Assembly: GCA_965285935.1 (NCBI GenBank)
Contig: OZ260661.1
Location: 43,214,001 to 43,278,000, forward strand
DNA from: Ophelia neglecta
Lineage: Eukaryota
Direction of reading: 5' to 3'
Length of the DNA: 64,000 nt
Part shown: positions 27,101 through 40,320 of the stretch, in pieces
How positions within the stretch are numbered: position 1 is the stretch's first letter
How the letters are laid out: every line of letters begins with the position of its first letter
The notes under the pieces: model-generated
Databases searched by the model: none
The model's input: the letters and a program-made list of their open reading frames with translations, nothing else
Told to the model about the DNA's origin: nothing
Translations under genes and position numbers: made by a program

Positions 27101-27784
27101 GAATGATATTTTAATCCTGAATATTTACAAGGGGGTCAGAAGCCTGCATGAACAAACAGATTACAAAAAATGATATTGTGTAGGACTGAGTTGTCAGAGC
27201 CCATTTATATTCCCCAGTTATTCCCACATTTAAGGCTCCTTTCCTATGTTATTGATTTCCAGTAAAATCCAGGTACATTTGGCTTGTGAGCTTATTTCTA
27301 GGCAGCTTGTATATACAATGAACGATTTTTGGTTCGAGATTTATGGATGACGAACTCAATGGGGAAATTAGAGCTATCTATATATTTTTTTTATTGTCCT
27401 GTGCAGGGAAAGCAGTTGAAATTGAACAGTCCCTGGTTACAAGCTATTGTTAATTTCAACAGTTCTTACCCAATAATAATACAGTAATTTGAATATTTAT
27501 GGCTTAACTCCTCTTCCACAGTGCTTCAAACAATGGCCAAATGTTTTCAGCTCACTGTCAATGTCAGTTTAATGTTGATGTCGTCTATTGTATGTAACGT
27601 TTCATTATAAATGATAAGATATGGGGGCTGGAATACAGGTGACTAGCACACCCATGTCAATGCCTTCCCCTTAAAGAGTTTAATGTCTGTATAAGCAAAT
27701 GGTAAATTTAAAAAACTCCCACCTAGTGTTTGCTTACAAGGTGGATCAAGCATTGTTCATTTGATCTTGACTTAGGTTTGGTGG

Positions 27785-28680
27785 TGTGTTAGCCAGAGAC
27801 AAGTGTTTGCCAGCCAGAACCAGGGGTATGTCCTTGCAAAAGCCAGGTCTGCCAGCTAGAGGGTACATATTTGCAAGCCAGAATCAGGGGGTATTTGCTT
27901 GCAAGTGTCAGGTGTTTGCAAGCCAGGGCCTTGAGATATTTGCCTGCCAGAACCAGGGGTTATGTGTTAGCAAGTGTCAGTTATTTGCCAGCCAGAGCCA
28001 GGAGGTGTGTGCTAGCCAGACCCAGCTGTTTGCCAGCCAGGACCAGGGGGTATGTCCTAGCAAGGGTCAGTTCTTTGCCAGATGGATCTAGGGGGTATTT
28101 GCCAGCCAGAGCCAGGTGTTTGTCAGCCAGAGCAAAGTGTTTGTCAGCCAGAGCAAAGTGTTTGTTAGCCAGAGCCAAGTGTTTGTCAGCCAGAGCCAGG
28201 TGTTTGTCAGCCAGAGCCAAGTGTTTGTCAGCCAGAGCCAGGTGTTTGTCAGCCAGAGCCAAGTGTTTGTCAGCCAGAGCCAAGTGTTTGTCAGCCAGAA
28301 CCAGGTATTTGTCAGCCAGAGCCAGGTGTTTGTCAGCCAGAGCCAGGTGTTTGTCAGCCAGAGCCAAGTGTTTGTCAGCCAGAGCCAAGTGTTTGTCAGC
28401 CAGAGCCAGGTGTTTGTCAGCCAGAGCCAAGTGTTTGTCAGCCAGAGCCAGGTGTTTGTCAGCCAGAGCCAAGTGTTTGTCAGCCAGAGCCAAGTGTTTG
28501 TCAGCCAGAGCCAAGTGTTTGTCAGCCAGAGCCAAGTGTTTGTCAGCCAGAACCAGGTATTTGTCAGCCAGAGCCATGTGTTTGTCAACCAGAGCAAAGT
28601 GTTTGTCAGCCAGAGCCAAGCATTTGTCAGCCAGAGCCAAGTATTTGTCAGCCAGACCCAGGCATTTGTCAGCCATGTCT
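27785..28680 (+). repeat. 21-bp minisatellite (GCCARGTGTTTGTCAGCCAGA) with degenerate 5' flank
   Basis: About 27 near-identical 21-bp units at roughly 28110-28675. Diverged 21-24-bp units lie at 27785-28110. Confidence 0.97.
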
Positions 28681-31600
28681 GGGTTATATGCCAGCCTCTT
28701 TGCCTACCTGATCATGTCTAGAGGTTAAATGATGCTTTATGACTGAAACAGACGATTGAGCTTCTTTAGTAGCAGTCATTTTTGCTAATTATTACGAAAT
28801 GTGTATTGTTAAGATGGTGTGTGAAGTGTATTATGTGGTAAACTTTATGGACCTTGAAACATTACTTTACCTTTAATGCCCTAATGATATTTTCTGAAAT
28901 AATCAAAAATGGTTTATGTTCTTCACCTTTGTATTTGAAAGCCTGCATTATTATGAAATAGATGAAACATGATAAAAAAAACTTTAAAATAAAATTGTGG
29001 AGAACCTTTTCATGCAAAATTCAGCCACCAGTACATTAAAATATAATAACTTAATCCTCTATTTTTGTAGCATTGTGAATACCATACTTTTTAAAGCAAA
29101 AATTAAATTTATTTTATATCTGATCAAGTGGTAAGTCAGTTTTGACCTTTACACCATACACTAAGTCATTAACATGGTGATAATATTTCGCCTCAAATGT
29201 AGCATTTAGCATATTGAATTGGTTTCGTGGAACTGTGACAAAATATGTCATTCTCCTTGATTTATGCAATAAAATGTTGGCTGCAGTCAGCTGCCTGTGG
29301 CAAATTAACAATATTACATACCATCAGTAATAATGTATTGTGTGATGACATTTAAACTGATTCAGGGCATAATTATGTGAAACGAGGTGTGCCATACTCC
29401 TCTTCATTCTCCTATACATTGCATTCATAAGTACATCAATACAGAAGAAAACTGTAGAAATTACAATAAGGAATTTGTTGTCTTCTGTTGCAAAATGTGA
29501 CCTTTCTCACCATATTAACTTGTGACTTGAAGGATGATGATGGCCCATTCCCTTTGCTGCATGGTTCATGTCTGCAGGAGTTGCCAGCTAGAGAAGATCT
29601 CTTATTGACGCAGATGGCTGTGCCAGAATAAATATTTCACCTGTGTTCCTAATCAGGGCTGCAATGTGAATTTGAGAGGGTGGTGAAAGCCTGCAATGGC
29701 CTAGTGGGTGATTGAATGGTCCTGGCTGACTTCTAAACCTAACTTCCCCTCCTTGCAATTCTCCAGGTCTGCTTGGCTGTTACTTTCATATAGATACAAG
29801 GTATGCACATAAGTACATGTACCAGGTAGGCGGCTGGCTACATCTCTGTGTCTGTAGATTCTTCTGACAACCTGGTTAAAATCTCCAAATTCTTTTGTGC
29901 AAAAATCTCAATCTACTGGTAGCAGCTACTAATATTATTATTTTGTTTGTTATTAATGTTGAAGTTGATTAACTAGTAATCTGAAACCATAAAAGTATGA
30001 AGAAAGTCTCAGGATTTTCATTTTGGTAAATTTAGCTCTACAGGTACTGTACATGTAATTATCCTGATTAACAATGGTTTATATACCTTTAGGAGCACTG
30101 GCTTGTCTTCTTACAAAGCTTTGGTAGAGACTGGTCTTTGTACCAAGTTCTACCTGACAGTCAATCATTTTGTTTGTAGTTCATCCACAGACACCTCAGA
30201 ACTATATAATGCTTCATTGAGATAGAAAATGTATGAACATTGACTGTGACTGTCATAAATAATTATATGATAGGAAAATATTTCTCATGAATCTGTTTCA
30301 TGGAATATATTTATCAAAGAGAAAAAACTTACACATGAGATTGTGACAAGCAAATCCATGTTTATCTATATCATAAATAAAGCCTAGTTTATTTGGGCAT
30401 GGTTCTTGACATGCGCCACTTGTTAAATGCATGATACCAGGTAGACCCCACTGTTTTGTTTCTTTGTCACACAAGCTTTGATCCTTCGGCAACCTGTTTG
30501 ATGTTATCATGGCCAATGTTGTTGCTGGGTTTAAAATTGACTCCCCTTATACATCTAGTTGAGATATGTGTATAAAATGTGTTTATGTTTACATGAACCA
30601 TATGTGCCAATAAACTTTAAGATGTTGCTGATGTAAATGAGTTTTTTTCTCTTGTATTAACACTTTAATATTTCATCTTAGCCTTGAACTTTTTCAGCTA
30701 AGCTGTCAGGGTACACAATCTATATTTCACAAAATATGCTGTGGCAATGAATTATACACACTTACTGCATGGCTTCAATTTTCAAGCCCCTAGATGAATA
30801 TGATATGTTCAAACATTAATAGCACATGGCTTATGGATTTAGGCTGAACAGTTTTTCTGCTATTGATAATATCCATAATTTGTAGCAGTTGCTGTAATTT
30901 ATTGCCACAGCTACATGCAGACTATAGTTTGAAATAAATCTGACAAGTAAGTTTTAAAAGAGAATATATTTCCTCACAACTGGAATTAGCGGAGAGCTAG
31001 TATGATGTAATGTATGCGTGGATCAGTGAGCTCTCGGTTCAATCCTTAGACAAAACCACCCCAGGCTATCACTGTCTGTGTTCTACCAAGTCCTGTGACT
31101 TGTCACTATCCACTATTTTCATTAGCACCCAACATTGTTTATTTTTCATCCGAACAGTTTGATGGGTCTGTTCTATGTTAGACTGTCATTTCCCAACCAA
31201 AAATACATTGAGCAACATTTGATAACTTCAGTTACATTTGCATTTGCCGTCTGTAATTGATCATGCATGTGACAACCATTTATTATGGTAATATATGCTT
31301 GCTGTATACAGAAACTGTTTGGTAGCTTCAGGGATTTTTAATAATCTGGAACACCTGCTAGGGATCCACCAAGGCAAATATAGACGCCTGTTTCAGTTTT
31401 CACAAATCATGAGGTGCTCAAAGTTTGTTTGTTTCCTCCCCAAAGGCAGGTGCAAGTAAAATTAGCTGGCACACTGTACTTAAATTTTAATGGTATAAAA
31501 AGTGAGGCTAAAACAATGACTAGCTGACGCCCATAACTTCTGTATTTATATGCAAAAAAAGTGTCATTGAGATCATGTAGCATGTTGACATGGAGAGGCA

Positions 31601-31727
31601 GGGATTTCTTGTATGCTTTCAGAAACTCAATTGACAGGGACAGTGTTTGGATTACCATCTTCATTTCATTAGATTAAGCCACTTTTACTACATGTTACCA
31701 CATAGTTGAAACTATGGACAGATTATT

Positions 31728-31755
31728 GGGGGGGGGGGGGGCAGGGAGAGGGGGG
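31728..31755 (+). repeat. Poly-G / purine tract
   Basis: G14 followed by CAGGGAGAGGGGGG. Confidence 0.85.
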
Positions 31756-34700
31756 AGAAATACATTTTACCTGTACTTAGTTTTCATGGAGACAGTTTTG
31801 CATGGGGTGAAATGCAGGGTACTTACGTTTGTGTACGAACATGTGTCAGGTTTATTTAACTAAACATTATGCAAATAAAACCAGCACATTAATAGGCACA
31901 AATAGCACTTAATATGTAGGCACACAACTGATCCCACCCACTCACAAACTAATTAATGTAATACTGTATGGGCCTTTACAAGAACCTAAGTTTCTGTGAT
32001 GTGCTGTAAGGCCATGTATTCCACATCATTGAAAAGTAGATGTAATAGGTTGTTTATATATATCTATTGGCATATACCAACAAGAAATTTAAAACCCCTA
32101 AGTCAACAGGGTCCCACTAAAGTGTTCTTCACAGGCTGTGCTGAGTGAATAAACTGTATGTTTTCCCCAAGGTAAGCGCTGTAATGTTAGGTCTACGCCC
32201 AAGCCTCTTGACAATGCTTACTTGTTGAATATCGGTGGTAAACAGCCGTGCTTTTGACAAATGAAAATTGAAGGGACCAAGTTTGCAGTGTTGGTCCCCC
32301 GACTTACAGTTTGTTCAGTGACATACACCCAGTGGTCATTCAAATTGTGATTAATGTTTTGGTTTGATTTTCAGATGGACTGCACAAATAAACAAATTGA
32401 ACAGTAATTGCGTTTAGTGTGCATTTTATCATGCGAATCTGACATGCTTATTTAAACAGAATCAACTTATCAAAAGCAAGTACATGTTTACAATACTTTG
32501 TTCATACAATAAATAAGTTATTTATTTGCCCTCAATAAATGTTGGCCTATATAAAACCCAATTTAAACACAAAATCAAACAAGTGAAGAAAACACAGCAG
32601 GTATAAATAAGTGCTACAAGTACATACTGGTGAAATCAACATGGATATTTTTCTTGGTCACATATTTCATTGGCATTTTGACACATTTCATCAGTGTTTG
32701 ACATGCAAATTAGTTTCAATGTGTTAGCACCCAGTAATATACTGGGTGAGAATGAATTTATATAAATGTTGTGATGAAGTGACCATCATGTTCCAAATGG
32801 TAGAGATAGCTGAGGATTCCTTAACAAATTGATCTGGGCCTTCTTCACCCACTAGTATAAAGTCCCCTGATTCATTTTCTAGCCTTCAAGCAGACAGTTG
32901 AACCTAGTGATGGGAGATATCTGTCGTTAGTAACAGGATCTGCAATATGATACATGCATTAGGGTTGGGCAAATGTACCAAACTGGGCAATCCCCCTTGG
33001 CCTCTTCATTAAAATCAAATTGCTTCTCAGCATAATTCATCATTTCTCTCAGATCGTTTTCACTGTACCTTTCAATGATCACGTTAGCTTATTCGGCATT
33101 TTTATACTAATTACCTGGCCAAATTTGACTTCATCAGGGAACAGTGGGCCAAACAATGACATTTGAAAAGCTTGGCAGCCCTTGTCTCCACTTTGATGGA
33201 TTAAGATAGAGTTTTCACACAAAGCTGTAAAACCAATGTGATTCTCTGGAACCTGAAGAATGAAAATTTAGATAAACTCAAATAACATTGGTTTCTCGGT
33301 TTTTACATTTAGAATGGACGGGTCTCCCACCACTGCACTGATATTTGGTATCAGAACAGGGTTCAAGCAAACTACAAACCTCCAAATAAAATGAGAAAGT
33401 CAACCCTGCTGTCAGTTTGTCACTATGTATCACTCAGTGTCTCTGATAATCTTTCAAAGGTGTCCGCTTTTGCCACAATTTAGTATTGATCATAACCATT
33501 GACCAATATACGCCTGCTCAATCAAGGATACCAGCTTCTCAATCTGCAGTGCAAAATGAGTTTATTCATTTTACATAGTGCCTTCATTTTGTCATTTATT
33601 GTTGCTCCGAACTAATGTATTGGAGAATTAAGTGTGAAGCGGGCACGACTGGATGGCAGCTAACTTTGAAAAGGCCATGTTAGCTCTCACAAGGAGGGGG
33701 ATCGTTTAGTTTACTTGGCCAATATTTGTGTGACTTGACTGAATAGCTGCAGGAATCCAATATTTCAGGGTTCTCCTTTTTGACAGAACCTGTCTTTATC
33801 ATGTTGGGCCCAAGTTTTATTTTCTCCAAGTAGGCTGAGCAGAATGGCAATGGTGTTTAATAAATAGCATTTTGTTATCGGTGAGACCAGTTGTTTAAAA
33901 GTGCACTTTATGCCAGACTGCTTGTCTCATATGCCTACACTCCACATATCTGTTTTCACATTAGGTCATGTGTCTCTTGATCATAGTTATCCAATTACAC
34001 ATAATTGGACAGTTCATTTTCCATATTTATTTATGATTTCGTGATTGTCAGATGAAAAGTGCCATAGAGTACTAGTCTCTCCTTTTTTATGACAAATATG
34101 ACAGTAATGCCTCCAAATTTGGCCACTCCAAAAAAAACAAAAAATGTATAGTCTTAATTTGGTTGCACACAGCTTGTCAATAACTGGTGGCCATATATTA
34201 GAAGGGGGTTGCCATAGCGGGTAGATGTATTACCTCAGCACTACCCTTGTCCTTGATACTGATGGGATGGAGTCCTGAACCATAAACCATACTTCCCATT
34301 TCTTAGGCTTACCCTTGCCAATATCCACCAAACACTGTTAATAATTCCAAACTGTTATTAGGTACAGTGTTGGTGGGAAATGTGATCTGTACTGTTGGCC
34401 AAGAATAATATCAGGGGATTGGGCTTTGGATTCAGTGATCAAATAAGATTGTGTTTGCCACTGTATTGCCTGTTTGCCAATTAGGCAAAACTGCAAATCA
34501 ACTGACTCCCTGCATGCATGTTGAAATTTAGATGATTCATATCCTTCTGAAATCTTTGGTTTAAGATCTTTTGAGATGGATAATATAAAGTAATTAGTGG
34601 CTTCAAGATAATGATATGTCTGTTGGTGTTTATTCCATGTAACTACCCTTATCTCCTGGGTCCTTCTCCTGGCTATACCATGGTCTTGATTCCTCATTTA

Positions 34701-37691
34701 TCATACTTAATTGTTTAAGTGTTCTGATGAAAATCAGGCTGGAACATCTGCAGGTGATCCATTGTGTAGTTAATCTAGCATCTGTGACAAAGCTGCCCCC
34801 ATGCTGTCATTGAATGCTCATTAGTATGAGGTAGCAGACATTCAATGCTTTTTGTTTGATAGGCCATTATTACTCACTATAACGAGTTTTTACTTAGATC
34901 CACCCAACTCACATCTTATCCACACCAGTGAAACAAAGGTTATGGGGATAATCTGTTGTTGTTCAGTCAACTAGCCACCATCCATGGTGTAGATTCTGGA
35001 CTCAAATGTGTGTAAAAAGTATTAAGCATGTTTATGGTGGTGAACATGAATTTACTTTTTCCTGATTGCAACACAGTAAAACATTTGATATGTGCCTATA
35101 ACACTTTTCTGCCAATACACATTCTTAAATCTTCTAAGAGCTAAGGTTTAGACTTTTTCTCAGTTGAAGCTATCCAGCGTATCTTATCATCTTGAGTGTC
35201 ATCATAAAATCCTGTAGCTGTGCCAAGCTACAGGTTATTTACGTATATGTATGGGCTCTGGCGGATGTTTAGACCAATTGATACCTAAAAAACCTTCCAA
35301 ATTCTCGCTTTCAATTATTCAGCTTCTTCAGAGTAGAAATGTATACTCCCATTTGAGTGCCAAGACTCTGTCTCATTGTAACCGGTATACTTGTATATAA
35401 TGTATACTGTATGTACTATTTACATGTAAAGCCAGCTTTTCAGTTTTTCCTTTCCACATACATGTACAGTATATTGAGGCTCAAGGCCATTCGATCAATA
35501 TTGTTCTAGGATCAGGCTGCCATTTGAAAATTTGTGTGCTCATTAGTGGTGGCATTCATGCATATTGGATGAATAGCCCCAACACTCAAAGTGTTGTTCC
35601 AAAAAGAAAAACTGTTAATAGAACCATCACATATACATGGGTCTGTGTGTAATATGAGATTATCTGGCCAAACTGAAGGTTATGATCTACCATGGCCTTT
35701 AAAGATTAATCTGATTTCTTTTACCAATGTAATGATATATTACATTGTAATATATGAAGTGTATGAAGTAATGTATGAAGTTTATTCTTTAAAAAAAAGT
35801 GCGATGAAATAATTTTATGTTGTACAAAATTGAAGGTCATTATAGATTACCACAACCTAGACGGCTGGTAGAATGTGCTTATTGTGGTGTGGAACAACTA
35901 TGACAAAGGTCCACATCCATTGCTGCATGCTTAAAAAAAGCCTTGAAATCAGTTTTAAGTAGGTCCCTACTGATGGGGCCCAGAAAGTGGACAGATCTCT
36001 GGTGTAAAGTGGCGCCAGTATAAGGAGCTTAGCTTTGAAGTCTTTTAACTACAGATATTGGAACTGTGTAAAGATATTGGAACATGCTGTGTGGTCAGTG
36101 ACCTTTTAAGCAGCTTATGTGGTAAGCTTGACTAGGGTAAGCCTAGCTATGGGCAGACTGCCCAGCAGCATGATGATATGCTGAGAAACTTGCAGTTCCC
36201 CTCCTGTCATCTTAGAGGGCTTTAAAAGCTGAGAATAATAAGATCCATTGCTGGTGATTGCAGCCAGCAGCATGAAATCCACCAATAGAACCTTGTGGTC
36301 ATCCCATAATCAGAACTTCATGTATCGATCTATGTATTGATGGAATGAAACTTTATGGGTCAGATCATTTACAGAATTAATTTCCATCATGTTTTTCAGA
36401 ATTAAAAGTGCACCTGCTATGGATATGTTCAGGCTCATTTGAATTGTGAGGATGTTTGTCAGCGTGATGCCTTTGTTTTAACTGAGACACAGGATTCTCT
36501 TTTTTCTCAGATCCTGGTTTCCTGTGCGCCTAGAAGTTGTTTGACGTATCAAGTTGCTCATTATAACTGCTTGCCTGTGCCTAAAAAGGAGATGTAAATT
36601 CTAAGCGCCTGTAGCCTGCCTCCTTACCTTTCATTCCCTGTCATGGTAGGTTGATCGATGTGATATTTTGGTCTGAGTTGTGTTTAATTAACTCTTACCT
36701 GGTCAACAACCATCCAATGTCGTCCAGAGTCTTTTAATATCAGGTCATATTAATTACAGATATTGATGAACTGGACAAATATTGGTATGATTGACCATTG
36801 TGTGCACCCACTTGTCTGAAAGTGTTTTCTAAATAAAAACAAATATGCAATTAGGCCGAAAGCCAGTGATTTATCTTGTCTGTTTGCTGGGCCATCTGGG
36901 GGAACCTAGAAATTGTTTTTCCAGTCATTTCAGTGTGCGGCTCCTCTCGGGGTCCATTGATAGCTACTCCGCCTGGACCTTTATATGGATTTTTTCCAAT
37001 TTGGAGCCACTAATAACGACCCTAGTGGATAACATGGAGTAATCCCCAGCCACATATTGGATCTTTTATTTTGTACTGACAATCAGCTAGGCGACGTGTG
37101 GGTCGTCCAGAAATGTTTCCTAGTCAGTTTACCTATAGCTTTTCTGGAGATATGCTAATGGGAGATATTCATGTAGAACAGGCAAATTTGCTGGCTGTGC
37201 TATGAGCTTGGGGACTGATAAATTACATGTTACTGGGATCATCTGATATGTCTGTCAGTCAAGATTATTGATTATTACATATTCTGATCTATATCATAGG
37301 CTTTGTTTGTTATCTACTTTATTAATGGCTATGGTCATGCTGGAATATCTCTTTTAAAGGTTAAAAGGATATTGCACCATGCCACGTTTGCTTAGTATAT
37401 CTCTATGGCTGAATTATCCATCAACAGAGTAAAATTTGCTTGTGCTGACTGTGTTATCTGATGTCTGTAGGTTTGTCAAATTGTTTCTTGATATTTTTTT
37501 GTCTAGCCAGACATGTTGTTGGCAATTAGAGTGTTTCTTAAATGATATTGTCATCCACCTATACTAGTGGGCAATCCATTACCAGTGGTTGAGTCATGCA
37601 CAGGACAAAAATGAAGTGTCCGGAAATGATAAAAGATATCCTTGATCCTAGCAGCAGTCAGTGGCAGAGAACATATAATGTTTATAAGGGA

Positions 37692-37735
37692 GGTGGTAGC
37701 GGTGGTGGTGGTGGTGGTGGGGGGGGGGGTTGGGG
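37692..37735 (+). repeat. (GGT)n microsatellite running into poly-G
   Basis: GGT x6 at 37701-37718, then G11. Confidence 0.9.
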
Positions 37736-38587
37736 TTAAAGCTGTTTTCCGTTAGGCCTGCAGATGTACAAGGATATGCACACTCTTTGTCTGCCAGAAT
37801 CACAACAATATCTTATGACATAACATACAGTTTTGATGATAGGGTGGTTCAATCTCGAGCACCAGGGTGGTGCAAAGTCCTCTTCAACCACATTACATTA
37901 CTGGCTTTACTATAAAACCAGCCCAAATCTATTACCACTTGACTAAGTATCTCTATGGCGGGTAGCCTGGACCCTTAACCTCCATGAAATGTCATTTCCT
38001 GCCTGCCATGATAACTCGATAAATGCTACCATGATATAGAAATATAGTAGGATTATGAACATTTGTTTGTAAACAAGTAGCACTTCTACCTTTGGAAGAG
38101 ATAAGTTTTCAAGTCTAAATGCCAGGGTAAGTTTCTGAGGTATCAATACAGGGTAATAATTTCTGGACCCACTATCTCATCTTTCTCTTAGTGAGCTGAA
38201 CTTGATGGTGCATACCAAAGTGTTTCTCTACCATGACTACTTTCTCTAGTTATTTTCCCACCATAAAGCCATGACAAGGTTAGTCAGGGTTACTCTTTGA
38301 TGTGTGCAACAAAACTTTTATAAATCTGCCAGTATCTTAGTGTTCAAAATTGTGTGACAAAGGCCTGAAGGCTAGATATCAAATACATGCCTGTATACAT
38401 GTACATGTACATGTGTACCTACCAGGGTATAGATATACATGTATGTACCTGGAGGAAAAAATAGGCAGGGCCAAAACACTCCATGATCTATTGTATAGTG
38501 CTTTGATCATAGAGGGCAAAAAACACATTTAAATGATTAGAAACCCAATAAAGCAATAGACATTTGATATTTGGATGTACTCTCCAT

Positions 38588-38603
38588 GGGGGGGGGGGGG
38601 GGG
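38588..38603 (+). repeat. Poly-G tract
   Basis: G16. Confidence 0.9.
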
Positions 38604-39815
38604 CACATTTAAAAAAAGCTATATAATTGCAGGTGGAGTGCTCACTTGAAATTTCCTTATGAAATTTAATTTATACAATAACTTAACTATTTATTATGCC
38701 TACATGATAAGATGGAAGGATCAATGATTATTGACCTATATAACATATGTCAAAATATACCTGTTCAATACTGTTTTTAATTTAATTGCATTTGCATCAC
38801 ATCTTTTGCTTATGACAGCTCACCAAGTTTAAACTAATAATAAAAAAATTTTACAGTGAATAATTTATGCAGCAGTATAGCAAAATGTAATATATAAATA
38901 TATATCATATGAAGGTTGATTCATACAAATAAAATCTGTATCATGATGCTAAATAATAAAGGAAATATCTATAGTGGTACATGCAGTAAACTCCTGTAAT
39001 TAGCCAACTTTAAAGCAGCCTTCTCACTGGGTGAGTTTTGTTCGTCACTTCTTGAGCACGTGCAGCCCTTGTTAATTTCCGGTACATACAGCATGTTTGT
39101 TTGACTTTTCCAATATTTATAAGTCTTTTTGGCAGTAGTTCAGTTTGCACTTTGCATTCCCAACCACTCATAAGTTGTGGTTACAAAGACTTGATAAAGT
39201 GCCAATGGCAATGGAGGAAAACCAATCAAATAATTGGACAATTGGCTATGCAGTAGAAATGTGTTATATCACATGACCTAACCTAATATGGAAGGGTACT
39301 TTTGAAGTGCTCTCATCAGGCCCGTGCCATACTATAAAAGGCATGTCCCACAGGCACACTGATAACTGCCAGGAGTGGGGACCTGCTCAATCTCCACAGC
39401 CAACACAAAGTGCCTAATTACACTGTGAGAACCCTGCACACCAGGGAGTCCAGGAACAAAGATCTGGGGAAACTAGTGAACTTTACAGCACTATGCCATG
39501 CACAAGGTAGAGCCCATGTACATCCACCTCAACCCTGGATCACTGTTAATTTTTTTGCAGGATACAATTAGGAACACATGCTGGTCGTCTGTAGATACTG
39601 TCACCCAACTTAAAGTGTATAACTGGCACACCACCTGAAATAATGGCATAATTAGTAAATATTAAAGATAATTAGTCCTGTGGTAATGACCTTATAGAAA
39701 TGGACATTTGTTGGACAGGCTGATCTTCAATGTTAATTTGATTACTGCACCATCCACTTCATGTAATCCTAGATGTATTGTTACTGAAGTTTGTTTGGAT
39801 TGCCCAATTTGATAT

Positions 39816-39830
39816 GGGGGGAGGGGGGGG
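39816..39830 (+). repeat. Poly-G tract
   Basis: G6-A-G8. Confidence 0.85.
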
Positions 39831-39954
39831 AGGTCAGAGCTTGCAAAAAATTCAACAACAATTAAATAATATTGTTAAAAGTTAGGATTTCTTGTTAAGG
39901 TTAACTAATGAATGTATGTTCCACTCATCAAATTAACAAGTAAACATGCACACT

Positions 39955-40320
39955 GGCCAACCAACCCACCCTGTGACCAACTGCTCATCAGTGGATGAAG
40001 TGATTATGATTAATCTACTGATTTGACCAAATATGGATCAGCAGAACCACCCACCTACCAGCTGACCACTGCCTGGCCACTAGCCAATCAACCCACCCAC
40101 TAGTCCATGGTCAGCCTGATTGACCAGCAGGAGCCCACCTAATGAACAGACCAACACCAGGGAACATCTGATTTACTTAATAATCCTACAACCAGCCAAG
40201 GGACAGAAGAAAGAAAAGGAATGAAAGACTGAAAAACAAATGACAAAAAGAACCTACAATAATATTACAAACAAACAAGCCTGCTTATAAAACAAACAAT
40301 CAAAACAAACTGCCCAATCT
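39955..40320 (+). repeat. Degenerate tetranucleotide low-complexity region (CCAA/CCAC/TGAC grading into GAAA/ACAA)
   Basis: Recurrent CCAACC, CCACCC and TGACC 4-mers, followed by AGAA and ACAA runs. Confidence 0.7.

Noticed and set aside
27786-28728. Long ORFs (285, 231, 201, 169 aa) as genes
   Set aside because: They overlap in four frames, consist of the translated 21-bp unit, and have no unique domain or clear gene structure.
30995-31110. Decayed SINE-like heads (B-box-like GGTTCAATCC here; similar hints near 11280 and 19300-19365)
   Set aside because: Too degenerate to delimit without a repeat library.
32268-32300. miR-133-like hairpin (GGGACCAA...TTGGTCCC)
   Set aside because: The stem is only 8 bp, and the sequence departs from mature miR-133 (UUGGUCCCCUUCAACCAGCUG) after the first 9 nt.
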